From Macrostomum lignano (Eukaryota): a stretch of DNA of 64,000 bases. The translations under genes were made by a program, and so were the position numbers. This document shows positions 46,479-60,381 of the stretch, in pieces; the first letter of the stretch is position 1; every line of letters starts with the position of its first letter. The DNA is taken from the NCBI GenBank assembly GCA_002269645.1, contig NIVC01000372.1:1-64000 (forward strand), given 5' to 3'. The notes under the pieces were generated by a model. The model saw nothing but the letters and a program-made list of their open reading frames with translations, was not told the DNA's origin and searched no databases.

Positions 46479-47453
46479 TATAACTAGCTAAGGGAAACTA
46501 ATCTGCTAGCATATAGAAACTTATTACTAAATGCTTATACATTGCATAGTTATGCAATTTAAATCAAGTCTGGTGCTATATGCTTCCACATTGTATTTTA
46601 ATTATCTTGCCAATAGGATACATATAGCTATGTATATATTGTAGCAAATTATTTTACCAATAAATTGGCTTTGACATAATCATTAAAATTGGTTGTGGAG
46701 TCTCTTTTTACATGCATGCACATATTGAATGAATCTGGCTTAGATGCAATTACATTAAAAAGCCTATCTAAAATAGTTTTATGAATAGTTAATCACTTTA
46801 GCAATGAGTTGGAGCTTATTAAAAATATGTATACCAATTCAAGCATATTTGTCATTTTTTCAATGAAGGAATAATGTCATTCTTTTCTAAAAAAGAACCA
46901 TATTTGAAAAGATATTGAAAATGTAAGAAAGTTCTTGCATGGAAATAATCTAGATCTATACAAATTTTGGCATAGTTGGTTTAGGTTATATATGCCACTT
47001 TGAATGTTATATTCTAATTTGTTCTAATTAAGGATTTTAATGTTCAAATATTGTTACTATTTTAGGCTTTTTTAATTTCAGATATATGAATTATTTGGAA
47101 TTATCCATTTTGTAAGAATATAAAAAGTTGCATATAGATAAGTATATGATTAAAAAAGTGGTTTTATCATAGTTTGGTCATATCATTATATGCTTTATAC
47201 TTTTTGCATTGGATAGACAGCCGCCATACATATAATTAAAACACTAGGTGGATGGCTGCTATGCATGCAAGTATTTTAGGCCCTATATATCTAAAGCTTT
47301 GGTTGCAATCATAAATCAAACTTAAAGACTTGTTACCAAATTTGTTTTCACTAAATTTGTCTACATTCAATTGTTATTGCCAAATTTGTTTATTGCCCAT
47401 TTTGCATGCATCTAATAGACCTAGGCAAAAAACTTAAACAAAAGTATTAAAAA

Positions 47454-47718
47454 CATACATGTGCAACTGCTAGCCAACCTAGCCAATCTGGCCACTGTAA
47501 ATTGTGGTGGACCAGGGATAAGTCACAAAAATGGCCAGCCTAAAGAATACAGATGTAGTACTAATTAGATGATGAGGCATTTAGCCCTTAAAGACAGTCA
47601 AAGTTAATCCTGCCATTTACCCAAAATTGCAATAGGGTTTCTTTCACAGGTAAGTCGCATTTTAGGTCAAAAAGTAAGTTGCATGGCCAATGTAAATCAA
47701 TGGGGTTGCGCATGTATG
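47454..47718 (-). mobile_element. MITE family B, copy 3
   Basis: Both ends match 319-461 and 46266-46478 in reverse complement. Confidence 0.65.
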
Positions 47719-50700
47719 ATTAAAAATTATGATAAAAAGGCTTTGCAACTTTTTGCCACTATATGCATTTTTTATTATCTAACCAATTTTTAGAATATAA
47801 GTGTGTATAACTTTTATTCTAGAGTCTAGGCATCTAGCAAATTAGATTTGTCACATTAGACACTTGTAAAAAAATAAAAAATATACTTGACTTTTAAAAT
47901 CTTAGAGCTCTCTTCTACCAACTATACTAGGCCTAGGCTACTAATACTGAGTAATATATTATACTTAACTTAGGTAACTTAGGCCTTAATTAGCTAAAAA
48001 TTTCAATTTATACTAGACAAAATAATTTGTACACAGACAGACATACAGAGTTTTCATTTTTATAGGTATAGATATTTTACCATGTTCTAAAAATATTATC
48101 AGCAGGTATAGGCCTAATTACCCAGTTTTAGTTTGTATTTTGATTTTTTATAAATGCTAACCCTTTTGATCTTATATCTACAGTTTTTAGTTAAGCCTAC
48201 TATTAAGGCTAGGCCTAAGCCTTATTTAACTTGAGTACAAATTTATATCCTAACTTCAACAAAATATAAATAGCAATATATGCCACTAGCTTAGACATAA
48301 TACTGGATAGGCCGATAATGTACACACTAGGCTAGGCCATAGGCCTAAGATAAGAAGGGTGATGGTGTGCTTGTATTGTGTCAAAAACTCAATGATCTAA
48401 GATTTAGGTAATTTTATTTTTTTAAATCTTGATTATTGTTAATTCGAAACGATCTACAGAATACTTCAAAGACTTACAATACACAATACTTAGCTCTTTG
48501 CTAAAAATAGTTTGGTTTCTGGACTCTGGTCTCGAGGACCTCAATCCCCGTTTTTTATTCAAATTCAATGTTTTTTGCAATTAAGAATAGTTATAGTGTG
48601 AAAAAACAAATAAGCATTTATTTTATGCCTTTTATTCGCAAACAATTTTAAGACCTGCGATGAAAATAAAGCTACTGTGTTTGATTTGTTAATCACATTA
48701 CTTAAAAGTTTATAAATAAAGCAGGTACCCGGGAATTTTATTTGCAAAATTCTTGCGATTACGTCCGACGCCGGGCAAGCAGTTTTTAGGCTAGAAAGAG
48801 ACCAAGATCGACTTGGCAGAGAACAGACGATCGTGGAAACTCTTCGATCTCTTCTTCTTTATCGCTAGCCGTCATGGCCGTGGGCGCACCCATTCAGGCA
48901 CAAGCTCCGGTCACCACTGCAGGCCCTCTCCTTCGCTGCTCTTCTTAACTTCTCAATTGTTAAAATTCTCCATTACATCTGTCCTATATGACCAATTTCT
49001 GCTTCTTTGACCCTCTTTGTCTTTCGATGCTACCATATTCTACGCTTTTATAATCTCGCTAATGGACTCCTAAACGGTAAGTCGTAGAAAGATGGGACTT
49101 GGTCTAGACACGAATTTTTCCGGGGAGTGCCTCCGGCTAATAAAAAATGGAGGTCCTAACTAAAGAAATAGCTAAAAATGGCCCAAAAACCTGTTTTTTA
49201 CTATCTCAGTAATGTATTTTTTCTCGCAGGGACTAAAAGCTATGTCTATGGCCGATTTCCCTCTGGCTGAGGCTAAGAAATCGCATCTTAATCGCCTTGT
49301 AAAACTCGACCTCCTCGGGTTATCGATGTCGAGGAGGAAAACAGGACGCTAAAAGAAACGACTTACAGAAAAACAGACTGACCTTGAAAAACTGCAAGAG
49401 GAATTCGACAACAGCCTTCTAAATTCAGTAGACCTGAGCGGCATCGACAGCAATTAACAAAGACTTGAGCAGTGGCAGTGGCGAAGGAGTGGCGAGTCAG
49501 CACACAGAAGAAGCGGATGCGTCGGAGAAGCTAAGTCAGGATTCGGAAAGTAATTAACATGACTGCATAACACCCACCGATATATACTGCTTTTTGTATT
49601 TGTTATGTCATTCGATTAAATAATTATTATTAAACCTAGAAATGAACCCATTGATAGTTAAAATGCTCATTCAAACTCTATCAGTAATAGAGTTTGTTCC
49701 GTTTGATAGTGATAGAGCCTATACTTGAAAAAACGGTATTAAATAAACATTCATAGCGTGCAATGTAAAAAATCCTATTTATCGCAACTTAAACTCCGTT
49801 GTCTGTATGTATTTACGTATGTAAAAGTGTGTATTTACGTATGTCCTGCTACTTGCAAATTCTAACACGAAATGCACATTCTACTTATCCCTAACAATAA
49901 TTTACTGCACTGCAAATTGTTTACACCTTTACCCTGCATCCTATTCCATGCAATTCCAATTCCAAAAAGAGAGGAGAGAGAATTGAGGAATAGGAGAGAA
50001 GAGAGAGGAGAGAAGAAGGAAAAGAGTAGAAAGGAGAGAGGAGTGATAGAAAAGTGGAGATGGATAAGAAGAGTGAGGAGAGGAGAGAAGTTTTAAAGGC
50101 CTCAAATCTTAATTTGATACACATTTACTCCAATTTTTGTTTACCTCCATCCCCACTACTTACAAGTGTTTTTTTGAGTATGACTTTAGATTTAAAAATG
50201 CATGCAAGAACAGTTCCGGGGATTGGAATTCAGCGGGTTCAAAATCCGCGGGTTTCAACAGCTCATTCTTCTAATAAATTGCACTCATGTGAACCCTGGC
50301 CATGTACGAGAGTACATGTACACGACTATAATGGTCTGAATTGTCTTTTTTTAATATCGTACATGTACTAATGCCTGAACCCTGAAAACTTTCAATGCTC
50401 AGAAATCAAAGTCCAAGTAGCTCACATCTGTTTTCATTTTGAGTTTTTTTACCGAAGTTTCTTATCGAGCGACAGCCAAGGAAGCAAAAACCAATTTAAT
50501 ATTGAACTGTTTCGTAAACAAGGTTATAACGCGCAACACAAAAAGACTTGCTTGCCGAATGAAAATTGCATGGTTAAAATGTTTTAAAAGCACAGAAATA
50601 GTTGGAAAATATCGCTTAACGACACCAACAGAAGACGAATGAATAGGAGAAAGATAACTAAATTAATTTTCGACTAGATCAGGCAAACTATAGACGACAC

Positions 50701-51844
50701 TAAGCCTGCGGCAATTTTCACAAACAAAATCATATCCATAAAATTGATTTGACTCGGAATAAAATATCGAATGTTAAACGTACACTGTAAAAAGGCCATC
50801 TACTCGTTCTGTAAAGCCAATTTAATAATGTCATCTAAATTTGCTCATAATCAATCTGAAAAGCTATAATTTTCATAACTCTGTAAAGAAAAACAAGAAT
50901 TCGACAAAAGCAGAAAATTTAAAATAAGTAATTCATAAAAGACAGACTAAACAGAACGCGCAACAGTTGCTTCTGTTCTCTAAAATACTAAAACGGCTTC
51001 TGAATAGACAAATCGAGCCACAGTAAAAATACCCCAATACCTTTGAAATATAGATATAGAGAAATATAAAATTAGTGAGATATTTTAGAGAATAAAGATT
51101 CCAATTCGAGAAAGTGAGAAGGAATATTGTTCGGTCTCGCATGATAATGCATCAAACATTGCTTTAAAGTACAACTATGCGAACACACGTCATTAGTATA
51201 TTGAATAGAATCCCAACCACCAAAAACTCAGCGAGTGAGATTAAACTGAAAGTACAACAGAAAAATACAGCATACACTGTATTAAAATTAACGGCACAGA
51301 ATGCAAACTTCAATCAAGGACAGGTGTACCACCTTGCTATAGTTCAATTGCTTTCACGACTGCAAGTAGTATATATTGGCACATAGACAAATTTATTATC
51401 TCAAACGATGGAAGTTCGAGACGGCGGCAACTGCAGCATCAGACCCAGTAGCAACCACACAATATTTTCCGATTTCCCCGAAAAATGTAAAAGCAAAATT
51501 AGACTACATGGATACTAAATACTCGAGATCAAGGTTCGGCAAACTCCGCCCCTCGGGTCTGTGAAGCTTTACAATAGCAATCGCGCACTGGCCGTGGTCT
51601 AGGCGTTGCTGCACTAACAAGCCGTGAGCCATCTCCCCACTGACAACTGCCGTGATGCCAAAAATTGAGCTACTAATTTCAAACTTTTGCAAGTATGTGG
51701 CCCCAAAAATCAATTTATACATATGCAAATACTTGCAAATAAAACATTGGAATCCCTTTTTCCCCAACACAGCTATGACGAAGTGCACATCTAAGGGCCA
51801 TCTATGCTCTGTTCTAGTAGCCCGTGGCCTATGAATCGATAGTT

Positions 51845-52264
51845 TCAAGCACTTTTGGGGTCTTCAGTCTTGCGCTGGGAGGCAACGAATTCCGAGTAAT
51901 CAATGTAGCCGTCCCCGTTGGCGTCCTCGTCCTTCAGCACCTCGTTGATGGCCTGCTCCAGTGCGGTGTCCGACATAACCTGCTTACCTTCGTCGTGGTC
52001 CAGCATCGACTTCATCAGCTCCAATCCGTCCAGTTTGTTGTTGTTATCAAAGTCGTGCATTTTGAAATAATAATATTCCTGCTCAGCCTCGCTGAGCTCT
52101 TTGCCATCCTTCGGCTTGATGCTCAGGTGCTCCATATGGGAGAACATGTGCGCCGAGTCGTGCACGTGCATTGGGTCGCCGCCACTCGCTACCGCTGTTG
52201 GCAAAGCGTAGCTTGCCAGCGCAAGCAGTATTAGCGTCCATGGCAACGAAGTTAAATGAGACAT
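51845..52264 (-). CDS. MCFD2: Multiple coagulation factor deficiency protein 2 (EF-hand ER cargo receptor), intronless
   Basis: Signal peptide; YYYFKMHDFDNNNKLDGLEL and DEDANGDGYIDYSEF. Confidence 0.93.
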   Translation of the reverse strand: MSHLTSLPWTLILLALASYALPTAVASGGDPMHVHDSAHMFSHMEHLSIKPKDGKELSEAEQEYYYFKMHDFDNNNKLDGLELMKSMLDHDEGKQVMSDTALEQAINEVLKDEDANGDGYIDYSEFVASQRKTEDPKSA

Positions 52265-52304
52265 TGCTTTGTATTAGCATGAATTGTTGCCAGTGAGAGT
52301 GAAT

Positions 52305-52433
<129 letters not shown>

Positions 52434-52861
52434 TCGTTTATGCAATAATTCATACTGTAAAGTTCAAGTGTAAAAAAAGTACACTAAAAAACAAAAGAAA
52501 CATTAAGACATTACTAATTTATTTTAAAAATAATTGCAGGTAAAATATAATAGACCGGAAACGATTAATGTAGTTAAAATGCGCATTAGCATACTATAAA
52601 TATAATTAATAGACCAGTTAAACAGAGGCCATTAAAACATACTAGCCAAGTTTCAGAATCAAAGTTTCAATTTAAAAAAATCTGGTATTGAAAAGACGCA
52701 ATGGGATAAATCTTAACACTTAACATAAATTTAATCTGTATATTGTACTAAACATGTATCGTAAAAGCATTTCAATTTCATTTAGAAAGAGCTGCATGCA
52801 GATTGAAAATAGGTTAAAAGTACATGTATTTAATTAGCTGATTGTTTAGTCTTGATCAATA

Positions 52862-53027
52862 GCTAAGCAATGGTGACACCATGCATTCAGGCTATTCAGG
52901 CAATGGTGACACCATGCATTCAGGCTATTCAGGCAATGGTGACACCATGCATTCAGGCTATTCAGGCAATGGTGACACCATGCATTCAGGCTATTCAGGA
53001 AATGGTGACACCATGCATTCAGGCTAG
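52862..53027. repeat. 33-bp tandem repeat (about 5 units) between the nucleoside hydrolase and MCFD2
   Basis: (GCAATGGTGACACCATGCATTCAGGCTATTCAG)n. Confidence 0.92.
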
Positions 53028-53191
53028 TTACCAACATGAACGGAAAGTATTGCATATTCCGACTTTAAATTGCATAGTAACTAACTAAAGCAACATGATT
53101 ATTGAGGCAAAATTAACAATTCATTTTTCTGTATTAAGTTGATAACCCGAGACTGCAGAGCTGCATAGTCAATAATTGGCAGTGAAAAAGC

Positions 53192-55426
53192 CTATTCTCC
53201 CAGAGTCTCAACCAGCAGTTCCCGGTAGGCATCCAGTGCGACTTTGGTCACAAACCTGGCTGACACGGTGGCCACTTTGCTGAGCCCGCGGTCCGCCTTG
53301 TCGAACCAATCAACCGCCAGCTGACCTCTGGTGACGCCGCCGGCCAGTTCAATAGTGCAACGCTTCTCCAGTACGTCTGAGGCTACGCTGGGCAGCAGGC
53401 AGATGCTGGCCGCCAGCAGGTCGCAGCTGCGATAGGCCAACGGCTGGGCCAGGGTGAGCGCGAACGTCTGAAATCATAATAATCTGAATTCATAGGTGCC
53501 TACTCTTAGTAGATAGTACGTAGCTATCCTATACTGTGTGAAAGTGAGACCGGTACACATGCTGATTAGCCTAAATAACTTTAATACAGGAAGCACTGTC
53601 TGTTGTGACACACTAAAAGTGGGGATCGAACCTCGGCGCAGGCACGCAGGCAGACCAAGACCGGTTTCTGGATTGTTGGCCTTCGTCAGTCAGCCATGGC
53701 CACACGCCAACCACACCCAGTGTGCACAGACGGTTTCTTTTATATGCTGCCGTTTCTAATGGCGACATTTTCGGGCTAGGTGAGAGATTTTACGATTCAA
53801 GTCTTTATTCGTCTACTTTTCTCAGTAGTCTTAGTTGAAATCTCTCACCTTCAGGATGCTATAATCACAGTCATGATGGCAAACTCAGTCATGCCAGAAT
53901 CAAATTTATGATGCCAGAATCAAAGTTATGATGCCAGAATCAAAGTTATGATGCCAGAATCAAAGTTATGATGCCAGAATCAAATTTATGATGCCAGAAT
54001 CAAATTTATGATGCCAGAATCAAAGTTATGATGCCAGAATCAAAGTTATGATGCCAGAATCAAAGTTATGATGCCAGAATCAAAGTTATGATGCCAGAAT
54101 CAAAGTTATGATGCCAGAATCAAAGTCAGGATGCCAGAATCAAAGTCTGGATGCCAGAATCAAAGTCTGGATGCCAGAATCAAATTCAGGATGCCAGAAT
54201 CAAATTCAGGATGCCAGAATCAAAGTCAGGATGCCAGAATCAAAGTCAGGATGCCAGAATCAAAGTCAGGATGCCAGAATCAAATTCAGGATGCCAGAAT
54301 CAAAGTCAGGATGCCAGAATCAAAGTCAGGATGCCAGAATCAAAGTCAGGATGCCAGAATCAAAGTTATGATGCCAGAATCAAAGTCAGGATGCCAGAAT
54401 CAAAGTTATGATGCCAGAATCAAAGTTATGATGCCAGAATCAAAGTCAGGATGCCAGAATCAAAGTTATGATGCCAGAATCAAAGTCAGGATGCCAGAAT
54501 CAAAGTTATGATGCCAGAATCAAAGTTATGATGCCAGAATCAAAGTCAGGATGTCAAAAACAAAGTCCTGATGCCAAAATCAAACTCAAGATGTCAAAAA
54601 CCAAGGCTGAAACAGGTTAAAACAAAGAACAATCCTGAACACTGACCTGACCACGCTGCATCAGGCACTGGTGAGACACAATCAGCTCATGGAGACGACG
54701 CCACAAGGGCTTAGGCTCGTCAGCAGCGTTACCACCAGCGGCCCAGGTAATCGCCCAATCAAACGGCAGGCTGCTCTCCAAGCAGGCTTCGTAAGGGACG
54801 ATCAGCCTGGGACAGGGCAGCATCTCGTGCAGCACAAGGCGCGCCGCCTCCGGATCGTGTACAAAGTTGAATTCGGCGCTAAGATGGCGCTCATTATTGC
54901 CCATAGACTGATAGGCGCCGCCCATGACTACTAGGCTTCTCAACCAGGTGCCAAGGCGCGGCTCGAGGCGCAGCGCCAGCGCAATGTTGGTCAATGGAGC
55001 CAGGGCCAGCAGGGTGACCTCGCCTTTGTTCTGCGACACCAGCTCAATCAGGCCCAGGGCGGCGTGCATGGATTCCACTGGCACAGAGTTCACCGCGGCC
55101 TCCACTTCTGACTTTGTTGAGTCGCTAGAGGTGAGCTTCTCCCAGGCGCCGGCAATGCCATCGCTGCCGTGATAATGCGTCGCTCGGATCTCTCCATCGC
55201 CGTCTGACACCAGCGGCCGACTGCAGCCAGCAAACACGCGTGGCGCTGGCTGTCCGGGCCAGTTAGCAGCTGCCACCACTAGGCGGGTGTTGCGAACTAC
55301 TAGGTCCAGAGGAACATTGCCGCCAATGCAGGTGACAGCCAGGACCTGGGCTTGGGGACTGCGGAGCGCCAGCAACAATGCCTGAGCATCGTCCATGCCT
55401 GTGTCTACATCAATTATGAGCTTCAT
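53192..55426 (-). CDS. Inosine-uridine-preferring nucleoside hydrolase family protein, 2 exons (55426-54647, 53467-53192)
   Basis: IIDVDTGMDDAQAL (DxDxxxDD), GNV, YHGSDG, LAPLTNIAL, MGG, AEFNFVHDPEAA; after a phase-0 intron, SCDLLAA, IELAGGVTRGQLAVDW. Confidence 0.92.
53885..54600. repeat. 20-bp intronic minisatellite
   Basis: (ATGCCAGAATCAAAGTTATG / ATGCCAGAATCAAAGTCAGG)n. Confidence 0.95.
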
Positions 55427-55486
55427 GCTTGGCTGTAAGGTGGGATCAACTTTAACTTATGAAATATGCTTCTTTGGCAGCTCATG

Positions 55487-55740
55487 TCTTATGCGAGGCC
55501 AAGAAAGAAAAGTACCAATACAATTATTTTTAAAAGGCATGAGAGCAATCAACTCCCAGTCTGTCTGGCTGGCTAAGTGCACCCCAAACCCCAAGCTAGG
55601 CTAGTGCAGCTCATGTCTTATGCGAGGCCAAGAAAGAAAAGTACCAATACAATTATTTTTAAAAGGCATGAGAGCAATCAACCCCCAGCCTGTCTGGCTG
55701 GCTAAGTGCACCCCAAACCCCAAGCTAGGCTAGTGCATTT
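55487..55740. repeat. ~125-bp tandem duplication
   Basis: GCAGCTCATGTCTTATGCGAGGCC...CTAGGCTAGTGCA is present twice. Confidence 0.85.
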
Positions 55741-56849
55741 GCATTGCTCAAATGAATGACTGGCAGGCTTATATTATTAAGAGCCTATTATAATAAAGAA
55801 AATATATTTCTTTTACCAAGAAATACAAAATAGTTTTCTTTTTTGCATAGGTTTAATAGGTTTATGGCTTATTATATTAAAATTATAGTTTGAACCTTTA
55901 GTAGAATAAATAGGGGTCTTGATAAATAGTGTCTAATGCACTTTTGAAAAATTGAATATATGGCCCCATAAAAAGTGTGTATGCATTACACACAATGTAT
56001 ACTACACTCTAGATCATATAGTATGCCCAAAAATATAGGTATGCATTGGCCTTGCAAGCCAAAAGTTAGGCATGCATAATTGGCATGCATGACTCCTAAG
56101 AAAATAGTGTCTATATACCTAGTATGCACTTTATAAAACTATATGAAACCCTGCTGCATTGGAATAAATATTGAAAACTTATGGATGTGCACTTTAGAAT
56201 AGAGTCAAATTATTTTACTGCATTTTAGCATATTAGATGTTCTAAAAAAGCATTTTCTGTAACATATCAAATTGGCTAATTTTCTTAAATTAAAAATTAA
56301 ATTTACCAAAATCAAAATTTAGAAAAACAAAGTTTAGTATGACTAACATTCACTTTTTTTACTTTTTATTTACTATTTAAACAAAACAAAAAAATATACA
56401 TTTATATGTAGCAGAAATTAGTTTTGCAGAAATTAGTTTATTTTTAGCCACTTTTTTCAACATTTCCAAAATTTTACCTTCAGAATTTTTTCAAAATTTT
56501 TAAAACAATACGTAACATTATAAATGACACATGTATAGGCCCTTTCCACAGAGGCATCAGGCCCCCTTCTATATATATTTACAAGCTGTTGAAACCTGCA
56601 GATTTTGAACCCGGGGAACTCCATTCCCTAGAATTATTTTTGCATGTATTCTAAAATCTGAGGTCAAACTCAAACAAAAACTTGTTTATAGTTAGGACAG
56701 AGTTAAACATAAAATAGAGTACATTCGTTTAAAATTAGGATTTGAGGCAAACATTTATATTGTTGGCTGGATGCAGCGCAGAATGTCAGGCAAACTCTGG
56801 CTACTATCTCTGCCTCTCCCTAAATCCCTTGGATACTTTGAAACTTCTA

Positions 56850-58380
<1,531 letters not shown>

Positions 58381-58782
58381 CCATGAGCTTGATTCTTTAT
58401 CTGGCCTTTGACATAAAAATCTGCCGATCCTTGCTTCGAAAGCCAGTTTGTGGGACATAGTACTATCATGGTTGTTATCATTTCTCACGCTTTAATAACG
58501 TCATCTTTCTGGCCAATTAGCAGCCCTGAGATGAAGTTGTGTAACTCCAGCTCTACCACAGTCTGCAGCAGTTTAACAACCAAGGAAATACGCATTTCTT
58601 AGGAGCCATTTAAATTTTAAAGTACCTTATGCTAACTTAATATTGAACTTTTCATGGTATGCGTAACTAATTTAGTAGGATTGCATTGTAATCAGTTATT
58701 AATTATTTTTTTGCTATTTTTACAAACCATCCATATCGCCTTGATTTGCCAATTGCCATCAACTATTAAACTGCTGCAGACT

Positions 58783-59607
58783 ATCTATACAGAGGACATT
58801 GGTTTGAATCTCTCGCTAAACTGTCTCTCCTCTCCACACCCCTCCACTCGCAAGGTGCAGAGAAGGCTATTAAAGTGATTCCAAAACACTGTACATTCGC
58901 TATGTACATTGAGCCCTATTGCCTGACCCTTCGTCTGGGCTGGGGGAATGAGTGAGTGAGCGCCGCTGCGCCACAAACAACAGAAAAAGCAGACAAATTT
59001 CACATGCTTACAGTTTCTGTTCTGTTTGAGTTGAGTTACAGAGTTGAGACTTTACATTTAGACAGAGAATAAGTCAATGCAGAATTGTGTCAAGTTTGAA
59101 GTTAATCGCTTCCTATGGAGCAAACTTATGGCAGCTGAAAGTTAGTCAATTTTAAAACCCCTTTTACACATCTCTCCAGATAAGGGAAAGAGAGGCAGGC
59201 AGACAGAGGTTGGGGTGGCTGTCTCGCTGAAAAAAGCAGCCTAACTTTAAAAGTGCACAGTGCCATTTAGGATCAACTTTGAAACTGAAAATTTTACACG
59301 ATTGTGTTAAAATAGTTGAAGATTACCTGTGTCAAATTTGAAGAGAATCAGTAGAAGTGGAGCGCCGCTATGGAGGATTTAATGAAAAAATCGCGCATTT
59401 TAAGCAGTTTTATGCACTTTAAGGTGGGAAGACTCAAATTTAGGAAATTTAAAAGTAGCCTAAGACATTCTCTGTAGCCATTTTAGGGTGGGTGTAAAAT
59501 TTGGTGTCATTTGGTTGAGTGGTTTAGGAGTCTATAGCGATCAAATTTGTACATAGATACACACACACATACACACAGACAGAGTTTTGATTTTTATAGG
59601 TAGAGAT
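58783..59607 (+). mobile_element. Possible Helitron/HINE-like non-autonomous element
   Basis: Starts ATCTATACAG and ends (ACAC)n-AGACAGAGTTTTGATTTTTATAGGTAGAGAT. A similar terminus occurs at about 48030-48073. Family assignment is by recollected end motifs only. Confidence 0.3.
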
Positions 59608-60381
59608 TTGCTGGAGCAGTAGCCAGTAGGAAAAGGCAGTACTATGCTTTAGAAAAAATTCAGAAGTATACCAAATGCCATCTGCAATTTTACAACTTTT
59701 TCTATATAGGCATAGAAAAGTTAAGTGTAAAATAGAAAAAAGATTGAAAAGTCATCTATTTTTATAAGACTAATCTAGATTTGAGAGTATAGATAGGCCT
59801 ATGCACTCATTTTTTGGCATGTATATTTGTAACTATTTGATTTTATTTGGGCATGGACCTAGTATAATCTAGACTATAAATGGAATGTACAATATAATAT
59901 TCTAACTTAGGCCTAAATCTAATGACTAATTAATTACTTCTTTAGACTGTTAGGCATTGGCAAAATGTACCAACATTATTATTTTTATATAGCTATTATA
60001 TTATGTGATTTTTTAAGTATGAATATATACAAAAATAATCTTCTAAACTTTAACTTTCTAACATAAAACTTTTTATCCATGTCTAGCCTTCTTATAGTTA
60101 GGAAGTTGGCATAGGCCTAGTATGTGACAGAATATTTTTTGGAAATAAATCTATACTAGGCGCTATCTACGTGCTAAATAATAATAGACCCTATGCCTAA
60201 GGCTATGGCTATAATAAAAATTTATAAGGCATCCACAAATTTTAGGATATATGCTCTTGCCTCTATACAAGGGGGCCTATATGGCTTAAAACATATCTAA
60301 CATACTAAAATGGTTTGGCTAGGTAGGTATTAAGGCCTAGTCTTCAATCTAGCCCTCAAGTCACTTTTTTGTTAGTTAGGG

